Source of the DNA: Deltaproteobacteria bacterium
Lineage (GTDB): Bacteria; Desulfobacterota; Binatia; Bin18
DNA length: 64,000 nt
Assembly (NCBI GenBank): GCA_016874775.1
Contig: VGTJ01000005.1
Span: 5,232 to 69,231, forward strand
Direction of reading: 5' to 3'
Below, piece by piece: positions 39,001 to 46,489 of this stretch (its first letter is position 1; every line of letters begins with the position of its first letter). The notes beneath the pieces were generated by a model. It was not told where the DNA came from and did not search any database. It saw nothing but the letters and a program-made list of their open reading frames with translations. The translations under genes were made by a program, and so were the position numbers.

Positions 39001-42000
39001 CGAGCCACCGCCTGCAATCGACCAACTCCGCGCGCGCCTGAAGGACATCCTCCCGGAATATATGGTTCCCGCCGCATTTGTCTTTCTCGACGCCATGCCG
39101 CTGACACCCAATGGCAAGGTTGATCGTAAAGCACTCCCTGCGCCAGACCAGGGTCGACCGGAGTTGCATGCGTCCTTTCTCGCGCCTCGCAGTGAGTTAG
39201 AACGGACGATCGCCGATATTTGGCGGCAGGTGCTCAAGGTCGAACACGTGGGTATTGACGATAACTTCTTTGATTTGGGCGGTCACTCGCTACGCATCAC
39301 CCAAGTGCATGAGGCCTTGCGTACGCAGGTCGCACAACCGTTGCCTTTGGTCACACTGTTTCAATACCCCACAATCCGCACTCTTGCCGGATGGTTGAGC
39401 CAAGAGGAGGCGAGCGCTCCTATTCACCTGCGACCGCGGGCACGCAGCATCAGCAACCAAACCCAGGAGATCGCCATTATTGGGCTTGCCGGTCGCTTTC
39501 CGGACGCAGACGATCTGCAGACCTACTGGCGCAACCTGCGTGAGGGCCGCGAGTCGATTCGCTTCTTCTCTGACCAGGAACTCCTTACTGCTGGTGTTGA
39601 ACCGGAGCTGATCTCCCAGCCGAATTACGTCCGTGCTAACGGCTGTTTGTCTGATATCGCCAGTTTTGATGCGGCCTTTTTTGGCTTCACGCCAGCCGAG
39701 GCCGAGGTGATGGACCCGCAGCATCGGCTCTTTCTGGAAAGCGCCTGGCATACCCTCGAACATGCCGGGTATGGGGTGACGCAGAACGGCACCAGGATCG
39801 GCGTTTTTGCCGGATGCAGCCATAACGGCTATCTGATACACAATCTGTTACCTCACCTATATTTGACTGAGCAACCCGGTATTTACCAGGTCATCCTCGG
39901 CAACGATAAAGACTTTCTCCCAACCCGCACCTCTTATGCCTTGGACCTGAAAGGACCGAGTGTCAACGTCCAGACTGCCTGCTCGACCTCACTGGTGGCT
40001 GTGCACTTGGCCTGCAAAAGCTTACTCGACGGCGAGTGCGAGATGGCGTTAGCTGGCGGCGTAGCGCTGAAGATTCCCCAAGTGTCTGGCTACGTCTATC
40101 AGGAGGGCATGATCCACTCACCCGATGGTCACTGTCGCGCCTTCGACGCCAACGCTCAGGGGACGACCTGGGGCAGTGGGGTCGGCATTGTCTTGTTGAA
40201 ACCACTTGCCGCCGCCCGTGCTGATCGTGACACCATTTATGCGGTGATCAAGGGCTCCGCGATCAATAACGATGGCGCAGTGAAAGTCGGGTTTACTGCG
40301 CCGGGAGTGCAAGGCCAGGCGGAAGTCATTGCCGAGGCGCAAGCGCGGGCTGGGGTAGACCCCGACAGTATCTCGTATATCGAAGCGCATGGCACCGGCA
40401 CGCCTATGGGCGATCCTATAGAAATCGCGGCCCTCACGCGGGCGTTTCAGGAGGGGACGCAGCAGCAACAGTTCTGCGCTGTGGGTACGGTCAAAACCAA
40501 TATCGGCCATCTCGACACGGCAGCCGGGATTGCCGGGCTGTGCAAAACCGTGCTGGCCCTCCAGCATCAGCAAATTCCCCCGACCCTCAACTTTCACCAC
40601 GCCAACCCGGAGATTGACTTCGCGCATAGCCCTTTTTACGTCAACGACCAGCTTCGCGCCTGGCCGGTCAATGGCACACCTCGACGGGCCGGCGTGAGTT
40701 CATTTGGCATCGGCGGAACCAATGCCCATCTGATCGTCGAGGAAGCTCCTGCACCGGAACCCTCTTCTTCCTCGCGACCGTGCCAGCTCCTCATCGTATC
40801 AGCGCGCAGCCAGACGGCAGAGAGCGATATGCGTAGCAATTTGTCGGCGCATCTTCGCAACCAACCTGGTCTGGCGATTGCCGACGTTGGTTACACCCTC
40901 GCAGTGGGGCGTCGGCAGTTCGCCCACCGGAGCGCAGTGGTGTGTCGTGATGGCGAAGATGCGGTGGTGGCTCTGCACGCGAGTGACCGCCTGCGGTCTG
41001 GCCAGGTACAAAAAGTAGGAACAGAACAAACGGTGATTTTCATGTTCCCCGGTCAAGGCGCGCAATATGCGGGCATGGGAGCGGAACTCTACCGTACGGA
41101 AGCGGTCTTCCGCCAGCAGATCGATCAGTGTGCAGAACTACTGCAGGAGGAGCTCGGGCTCGACCTCCGCCAGGTCCTGTATCCACAACCGCAAGACATG
41201 GCGGCTGCGACGGCGCAAATGGCACAAACGTGGCTGACCCAACCAGCGCTGTTTGTCACGGAGTACGCCTTGGCGCGTCTGTGGATAGCGTGGGGAGTGA
41301 CGCCACGCGCCATGATTGGCCACAGTCTGGGCGAGTACGTTGCTGCCTGTCTGGCTGGAGTGTTCGACTTGAAAACCGCGCTGCAGCTTGTCGCCCGCCG
41401 AGGGAGGCTGATGTGGGAACAACCACAAGGAGCGATGCTCGCGGTTTCCCTGTCAGCAGCGGATGTCCGCCCCTTACTCACAGACAGTGTCTCGATCGCT
41501 GCAGTCAACACACCTGGGGAGTGCGTGGTGTCCGGTCCGACTCCGGCGCTTGAGGCGCTGGCTGCGCGGCTCGAAAAGGACGGGGTTCCCTGCCGTTTCC
41601 TGCAGACCTCGCACGCTTTTCACTCGGCGATGATGGAGACGGTGGTCACGCCCTTCACCAAGATCTTGGAGAACGTACAACTAAATCCGCCGACATTGCC
41701 GTTTGTCTCCAACCTGACCGGCAGGTGGATTCGCGCCGATGAGGCCACTGACCCACACTATTGGGCACAGCACCTGCGCTGCACAGTCAACTTCGCAGCA
41801 GGGATCGCCACCATATTGGACCAGCCGAATCGACTCTTGCTGGAAGTTGGTCCGGGGACCACCCTGGGTGGCTTTGCGCGACGGCAACCCTTAGCCAAAA
41901 ATGGCCATACGGTACTCGCGTCTCTCCGGCGTCCGGACCCCAAGCGACACAGCGACGGACGTAGTGGAGAAACATGGACGCTCCTCGATAGTCTGGGGCA

Positions 42001-44842
42001 GTTGTGGACCGCAGGAGTCGAGGTTGATTGGTCGGCGTATTATGGGCACGAACGCCTGTCGCGCATTCCGTTGCCTGGCTATCCCTTTGAGCGACAGCGT
42101 TATTGGATCGACGCTCCTGATCTCGCAACGCTCACCCGTCAACACAACCCACACAAAAAGCAGCCGTTCGAGCAGTGGTTTTACCTCCCTGGTTGGAAGC
42201 CGACGCTCACTCCGCGTGCGATTGGCTCTGAAGATTTCGCGGGCGCGTCTCGCCTGTGGCTGGTACTGAGTGACAATACCGAACTGAGCCAGCGAACGAT
42301 CGCCAAACTGCAACACGAGGGCCAAGAGGTCATCACTGTTTTCCAGAGCAATCGTTGCGAGCGAAGCGGGCAGACGTTTTGGCTCCGACCCCTCGCGCCT
42401 GACGATTACGAGTTCATGATTCAAGCCATAGGTGAGCGCTCCATCTATAAGATCCTCCATTTGTGGAGTCTCTCGGTGAGTGATGAACAGGGGCCGGATT
42501 ATTTTGCCCGAGCTCAGGAAGGGGGCTATTACAGCCTCTTGTTCTTGGGGCGTGCCCTCGCCAAGCAGCAGTCGTGCCCAGGCACGACCATAGCGGTGAT
42601 TACCAACCATGTGCATGATGTGAACGGTCTTGGCGAAGTCTGTCCAGAGAAGGCGACGCTCCTCGGCCCGTGTTTGGTCATGCCCCAAGAAATGCCGCAA
42701 ATAACCTGTCGGTGCTTGGACATCGTACTTCCGCAGCAGGGGAGGGACGTACCAGCCAGTGATGTTGAGAGTCTCGTGGGTACTGTGCTCGCGGAACTTG
42801 AGGTTGGGCCTGGCGATCCGTTGGTTGCCTACCGAGGCCAGCGCCGACTGGTGCCGCGCTTCGACCGTGTGACGCTCGATGCCGAGGTGAGCCCTGTCAG
42901 ACGGCTGCGCCAGCAGGGAGTGTATGTCATCACTGGCGGTTTGGGAAATGTGAGCCTGAGGCTCGCGAGATATTTGGCTGAAACAGTACAGGCGCGGATT
43001 GTGCTTTTGGGCCGGTCATTTTTTCCCGCACCTTCGCAGTGGGATCCTTGGCTGCAATGTCATCCCGAGCACGATGAGCTCAGTTGCAAGATTCGCCTGA
43101 TGCGAGAGATTGAGGCGATGGGAGCTGAGGTACTCTTGGTGCGCGCTGATGTGGCCGACGAACAAGAGATGCGCGCCGCATTCGCAGAGGTGCACGACCG
43201 CTTTGGGGTGATTCATGGGGTTATTCATGCGGCTGGTAGTCTCGATGATTCCTCCTACGTCACCGCGTTCACGGACGTGGGGCAAAACGAATCGCAGGTG
43301 CAATTTACCGCCAAGGTGCACGGTCTGTATGTCCTGGAAAAGCTCTTGCAGGGACACGCCCTCGATTTTTGTCTGGTGACCTCGTCGAATTCCGCGGTGT
43401 TAGGCGGTGTGGGATTTACCGCGTATAGTGCCGCCAATAGTTTTATCGACGCCTTTGTTGCGAGACAGAACCGACAGGGAAGAACCCCGTGGCTCAGTGC
43501 CAACTGGGATGCCTGGCCTGCTGAGCAGCCTGCACAGATGTCGACTGCGACAGAGTTGTCCATGACACCGGTAGAATCCGTCAAGACGTTTCAGCGGCTG
43601 GTTTCTTGTGTCGCGGCTGGCCGCCTGATCATTGCCACCGGTGACCTCCAGGCGCGATTCGACTACTGGGTACGTCGTCAAGGTGATCTGGCAGGACACC
43701 GCACACCTGCGCCGGGTGCTGACCACGTACGGCCCGAACTGACCACGACCTACGCCGCCCCGACCGGCGAGGTGGCAAGTCAGCTCGCGGCGCTGTGGCA
43801 GCAGCTTTTGGGATTCGCCACCGTAGGCATCCACGACGACTTCTTTGAGTTGGGTGGCGACTCGTTGATGGCTATTCGACTCATGGCCATGATCAAAGAA
43901 CGCTTTGGCAAACGGTTACCGATTAGCGTGTTATTAGCGAACCCCACCATTCACCACTTGGTGGAAGTCTTGGAGGAGCCAGAAAGCGCATTTGCCTTCT
44001 CACCACTGGTGACGCTGCAAGCTAAAGGTACGCGCCAAGCGTTTTATTGTGTTCCCGGAACCGGGGGGAACGTCCTCTATTTTCATGAGTTCGCGCGCTG
44101 CCTGGCAGAATATGGCCATCCGTTTTACGGGTTCCAAGCCTTGGGACTTGACGGTCATATCCCACCACTGACCAGGATTGAGGAGATCGCCGCGCAAAAC
44201 ATCCACGCGCTGCAACAGGGGCAACCCCAAGGACCTTATTATCTGGGTGGACACTCGTTTGGCAGTTGGGTGGCGTTGGAGATGGCACGGCAATTACAAA
44301 CAAATGGTCACCAGGTCGCCATCGTCGCCATTCTCGACACCGGGGTGCCGTCGGTACGAGATCTCTCGGCGATGGGAGGATGGAATGACACGCGGTGGCT
44401 CATCGCGCTCGCCGATACGCTGAGCCGGATGTACGAAAACCCCGCCTCTTTGCACTATGACGACCTCGCTGCCCTGACCTGGACTGCGCAAATCGAAGTG
44501 CTCACTCGTACGATGGAAACGCTCGGTATTATCCAACCCGGGACTGACGCGAGCGAAATCCGTGGCTTTGTGGAAGTGTACAAAACCCAGGCGCAGATCC
44601 GCTATCATCCCGAACCCTCTCCTCGGGTCCGTGTGGCGTTGTTCCGCGCCCGCGAGCCGCACGCTGATTTTTTATCGGGCATGCCAGAATCCGTGAAGAA
44701 TGATGAAACCTGGGGCTGGCAGCGCTACAGCGACGGGCAACCGATCGTGGAATATGTTCCAGGCAATCATCTCACTATGATGAACCAGCCCCACGTGCGT
44801 CAGCTTGCGGAACGCTTACATGTGGTGTTGTCTGGGATATAG
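36029..44842 (+). CDS. Terminal hybrid NRPS-PKS: C-A-PCP-KS-AT-KR-ACP-TE
   Basis: GTG start overlapping the upstream stop; an alternative ATG lies at 36050. The C domain carries HHIVADGWS. The A domain carries YTSGSTGRPKGV, NLYGPTETT and YRTGD. The PCP carries GGHSLRITQV. The KS is a hybrid type (IAIIGLAGRFP, QTACSTSLVAVHLACKSL, HGTGTPMGD). The AT carries GHSLGEY and HAFHSAMM. The KR is intact (VYVITGGLGNVSL, HAAGSL, TAKVHG, TAYSAANSFIDAF). The ACP carries GGDSLMAIRL. The TE carries GGHSFG. Confidence 0.93.
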   Translation: MSSIDALMSQLRELNITLWVDGEQLGCRAPKGTLTAQLTKELSARKSDIVRYLQQAEALTATAGSSIKPVPRHQPLLLSFGQQRLWFLDRLEGPSPTYTMPLAFRLDGPVDANALQRALVEITARHEVLRTNFTVRDQHPIVQIHQTAEGFFTARALDEPLSSARAEQELAVQRLVQEEAQRCFDLSADRLLHVTLVRLSDSAHLLLLTLHHIVADGWSLGVFIRELASLYAAFSQGQPSPLPPLPLQYVDYAHWQRERLQGDFLASQLAYWRTQLAGVPEVLALPTDRPRPPIQTYRGCSLSELLDAGLTTRLYALSQTSGTTLFMTLAAGFAILLSRYSSQPDIVIGTPIANRNHPDLEGLIGLFINTLVLRFDLSGDLSMQDFLAQVRQTCLQAYDHQDVPFEQLVDELKPPRTLSHSPLIQVAFDLQNTPMDKVEMAGLTVRSLTQPAIASKFDLSLSIEETGAQLSALLTYNPDLFDEATIRRMMSHYQVLLAGIVAAPQSPLSHLPLLSEEERHHSVYAYNETKTTYPSEQTVLTLFEAWAGQVPDRVALSFADQSLTYGQLRQRVNQVAAYLQTVGVGPEVLVALCMERSLDMVIGLLGILKAGGAYIPLDPAYPQERLARVLEDARPAVILTQEYLESGLPRSAAQVICLDRDWPVISALDRGCVRPSLTPDNIAYVIYTSGSTGRPKGVQVNHRALLNFLVSMREEPGFTEQDVILAITTISFDIAALEIYLPLTVGAHLVVAGRETVRDGRQLQAVLQSRSVTCMQATPATWRVLVETGWEPLSPFTALCGGEALPVALAQQLLRKGVRLWNLYGPTETTIWSAVREVKDKESGDTDGRVTEGVEPIGHPINNTQLYIVDLHTQPLPIGIPGELYIGGDGLARGYLNQPTLTATSYVPDPFSTVSGSRLYRTGDLVRRVPDGRIDFLGRIDFQVKIRGYRIELGEIETGLSQQPGIKYAVVLAREDTPGDKRLVAYLLASDEPPPAIDQLRARLKDILPEYMVPAAFVFLDAMPLTPNGKVDRKALPAPDQGRPELHASFLAPRSELERTIADIWRQVLKVEHVGIDDNFFDLGGHSLRITQVHEALRTQVAQPLPLVTLFQYPTIRTLAGWLSQEEASAPIHLRPRARSISNQTQEIAIIGLAGRFPDADDLQTYWRNLREGRESIRFFSDQELLTAGVEPELISQPNYVRANGCLSDIASFDAAFFGFTPAEAEVMDPQHRLFLESAWHTLEHAGYGVTQNGTRIGVFAGCSHNGYLIHNLLPHLYLTEQPGIYQVILGNDKDFLPTRTSYALDLKGPSVNVQTACSTSLVAVHLACKSLLDGECEMALAGGVALKIPQVSGYVYQEGMIHSPDGHCRAFDANAQGTTWGSGVGIVLLKPLAAARADRDTIYAVIKGSAINNDGAVKVGFTAPGVQGQAEVIAEAQARAGVDPDSISYIEAHGTGTPMGDPIEIAALTRAFQEGTQQQQFCAVGTVKTNIGHLDTAAGIAGLCKTVLALQHQQIPPTLNFHHANPEIDFAHSPFYVNDQLRAWPVNGTPRRAGVSSFGIGGTNAHLIVEEAPAPEPSSSSRPCQLLIVSARSQTAESDMRSNLSAHLRNQPGLAIADVGYTLAVGRRQFAHRSAVVCRDGEDAVVALHASDRLRSGQVQKVGTEQTVIFMFPGQGAQYAGMGAELYRTEAVFRQQIDQCAELLQEELGLDLRQVLYPQPQDMAAATAQMAQTWLTQPALFVTEYALARLWIAWGVTPRAMIGHSLGEYVAACLAGVFDLKTALQLVARRGRLMWEQPQGAMLAVSLSAADVRPLLTDSVSIAAVNTPGECVVSGPTPALEALAARLEKDGVPCRFLQTSHAFHSAMMETVVTPFTKILENVQLNPPTLPFVSNLTGRWIRADEATDPHYWAQHLRCTVNFAAGIATILDQPNRLLLEVGPGTTLGGFARRQPLAKNGHTVLASLRRPDPKRHSDGRSGETWTLLDSLGQLWTAGVEVDWSAYYGHERLSRIPLPGYPFERQRYWIDAPDLATLTRQHNPHKKQPFEQWFYLPGWKPTLTPRAIGSEDFAGASRLWLVLSDNTELSQRTIAKLQHEGQEVITVFQSNRCERSGQTFWLRPLAPDDYEFMIQAIGERSIYKILHLWSLSVSDEQGPDYFARAQEGGYYSLLFLGRALAKQQSCPGTTIAVITNHVHDVNGLGEVCPEKATLLGPCLVMPQEMPQITCRCLDIVLPQQGRDVPASDVESLVGTVLAELEVGPGDPLVAYRGQRRLVPRFDRVTLDAEVSPVRRLRQQGVYVITGGLGNVSLRLARYLAETVQARIVLLGRSFFPAPSQWDPWLQCHPEHDELSCKIRLMREIEAMGAEVLLVRADVADEQEMRAAFAEVHDRFGVIHGVIHAAGSLDDSSYVTAFTDVGQNESQVQFTAKVHGLYVLEKLLQGHALDFCLVTSSNSAVLGGVGFTAYSAANSFIDAFVARQNRQGRTPWLSANWDAWPAEQPAQMSTATELSMTPVESVKTFQRLVSCVAAGRLIIATGDLQARFDYWVRRQGDLAGHRTPAPGADHVRPELTTTYAAPTGEVASQLAALWQQLLGFATVGIHDDFFELGGDSLMAIRLMAMIKERFGKRLPISVLLANPTIHHLVEVLEEPESAFAFSPLVTLQAKGTRQAFYCVPGTGGNVLYFHEFARCLAEYGHPFYGFQALGLDGHIPPLTRIEEIAAQNIHALQQGQPQGPYYLGGHSFGSWVALEMARQLQTNGHQVAIVAILDTGVPSVRDLSAMGGWNDTRWLIALADTLSRMYENPASLHYDDLAALTWTAQIEVLTRTMETLGIIQPGTDASEIRGFVEVYKTQAQIRYHPEPSPRVRVALFRAREPHADFLSGMPESVKNDETWGWQRYSDGQPIVEYVPGNHLTMMNQPHVRQLAERLHVVLSGI
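43985..44842 (+). other. C-terminal type I thioesterase (chain release / macrocyclisation) domain
   Basis: AFYCVPGTGGNVLYFHEF is an alpha/beta-hydrolase lid start. YYLGGHSFGSWVALEMA is the GxSxG nucleophile motif. This is the last domain before the convergent junction. Confidence 0.85.
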
Positions 44843-44930
44843 AGGGGCGCAGAATTCCCTACACTATTGTAGTATTAGGAGAGACGTGGATACCCTATCC
44901 CCGCTCCACGCCGGTCTTTTTCACATAGAG
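44843..44930. terminator. Convergent intergenic junction between the plus-strand and minus-strand operons; possible bidirectional terminator
   Basis: 88 nt lie between the stop of the TE-containing gene and the stop of the minus-strand MbtH-like gene. It contains a GC-rich segment followed by a T-run (ccgctccacgccggtcttttt) and is AT-richer than its flanks. No clean hairpin was verified by eye. Confidence 0.2.
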
Positions 44931-45542
44931 TTACTGCAATGGTAATCGCTCTTCCTCAACTACCTCAAGGTGCCCCTGTCCAGTCAGCGTGGTCAGATCG
45001 ATGTCGGCGATGCAGCGCACTTTCACGAAATTGAGGGTGACCCCGCCGACGAGGCGAGCTATGCCAGTTTGCTTGTCAAAGTCAGCGCGACTCAGATCAC
45101 TCGCCTGGGGATCAAGTCTCACTCCGAACTCTGTTCCCCCTTTGGTTGCGGGAAACTTTATTTGTACATATCCTCTGTCGATACATTGTTGCAGGATCTT
45201 GGCTGTTTTCTGCGGACGAAGACTCACTTCGACTGGGTGGCTTCCTGCAGCTAAGCGTTGCACCAGGTCATCCTTGGTACTTTCTTCGGTCGCCTTCCCA
45301 CCAGCATGGGGCTCGGGGCGGGGGGCGCGCGCGGCCTCTGCCATTTGTTTGCGCAGACTCAGTGGTCGCATGTCGGTCCATACAGTTTCGATGTGAGCCA
45401 AACATTCGGCTTTAAGCCCGCTTTTCCCGGCGTCTTTCCAACCTAGCGGGTTCTCACGATCGGCGGGAAGGATGGAGTATTGCTCTTCGTGATTCACTAC
45501 GACCTTGTAGATGGTGGTATCTTCTTGTTCTTCTCTTGGCAT
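44931..45542 (-). CDS. MbtH-like protein fused to a roughly 130-aa C-terminal domain of unknown function
   Basis: The N-terminal 70 aa read [58 protein letters not shown], matching the MbtH signature (N-x-E-x-Q-x-S-x-W-P ... P-x-G-W ... W-T-D-x-R-P). The remainder (GGKATEEST...[26 protein letters not shown]) has no motif I recognise. Confidence 0.85.
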   Translation of the reverse strand: MPREEQEDTTIYKVVVNHEEQYSILPADRENPLGWKDAGKSGLKAECLAHIETVWTDMRPLSLRKQMAEAARAPRPEPHAGGKATEESTKDDLVQRLAAGSHPVEVSLRPQKTAKILQQCIDRGYVQIKFPATKGGTEFGVRLDPQASDLSRADFDKQTGIARLVGGVTLNFVKVRCIADIDLTTLTGQGHLEVVEEERLPLQ

Positions 45543-45663
45543 GTGCTCCTCCTACTTGCTTGATCAAGGATGATGTGGATGGCAATCACTAACTGTTTAT
45601 GAGTTCTCTGAGTGTGACGAGTTGCGCTATGTCATATTTTCAGTCCGGCTGATACATCTCATT

Positions 45664-46485
45664 CTACGCCAATACGCTCGCAATCGATCGTAGCAGCACG
45701 TCGCGGTCTGAACGTAGGAAGAAATGATCTCCGGGAAACAGATGCAGTCTCGCGACTCCCGTCGTATGTTCTCTCCAGACCTCAACTTCTTGTGGCAACA
45801 CCTCGATATCTTGGCGACCGGCGTACAATATGAGGGGGCAATTGAGTGGTGATTCAGGAACAAAGCTGTAACGGTCGCACATGGTAAAATCCGCACGCAA
45901 CACCGGCAATGCGAGCTTGCGCAGTTCTGGATGTTCAAATACCCCGTCGGGAGTGCCGCCAAGACGACGCACTGCTCGGATGAATTCTCCATCAGGCAGA
46001 CCAGAGAGGGGTTGTCGACGTAACGGTAAATGCGCGGCCCGGTGAGCTGAGAGGAAGAGAGCGCGCGGCAAGGGACCGTCGTGTCGCCGCAAAGCCCTGG
46101 TCAGTTCGAACGCCAATAGCGCACCCATGCTGTGGCCGAACAGGGCGAATGGTTTCTCAGCGTAGGCGAGGATCTCGTGAGCAAGGCGCTCGGCTAACAC
46201 TCCGACATTGGTGTAGAGCGGTTCGCTCAGGCGATTCTCCCGTCCGGGAAGTTGTATTGGGCATACTTCGACCATCTGGGGAAGTGCTGGTCCCCAGGTG
46301 CGATAGATCGACGCAGCGCCCCCAGCAAAGGGGAGACAAAACAGCCGCACTTGAGCCGTTGGCTTGGGGAATGGACAGGTAATCCAAGCGTTGAATTTCG
46401 TCTGTCCCGGTGGTGAAGAGGTCCCTATAGTACGACCAAAAGAGGAATCGGGTAACAAGCGCGGATTTCGTGTGTGCTCTCCCAT
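45664..46485 (-). CDS. Type II (editing) thioesterase
   Basis: RLFCLPFAGGAASIYRTW and FALFGHSMGALLAFEL (GxSxG) are the alpha/beta-hydrolase TE-II pattern. The start is placed at the ATG at 46485-46483, 4 nt after the TGA of the upstream megasynthase (TGAACCGATG). The ORF track's longer 332-aa version would overlap the upstream gene. Confidence 0.85.
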   Translation of the reverse strand: MGEHTRNPRLLPDSSFGRTIGTSSPPGQTKFNAWITCPFPKPTAQVRLFCLPFAGGAASIYRTWGPALPQMVEVCPIQLPGRENRLSEPLYTNVGVLAERLAHEILAYAEKPFALFGHSMGALLAFELTRALRRHDGPLPRALFLSAHRAAHLPLRRQPLSGLPDGEFIRAVRRLGGTPDGVFEHPELRKLALPVLRADFTMCDRYSFVPESPLNCPLILYAGRQDIEVLPQEVEVWREHTTGVARLHLFPGDHFFLRSDRDVLLRSIASVLA

Positions 46486-46489
46486 CGGT

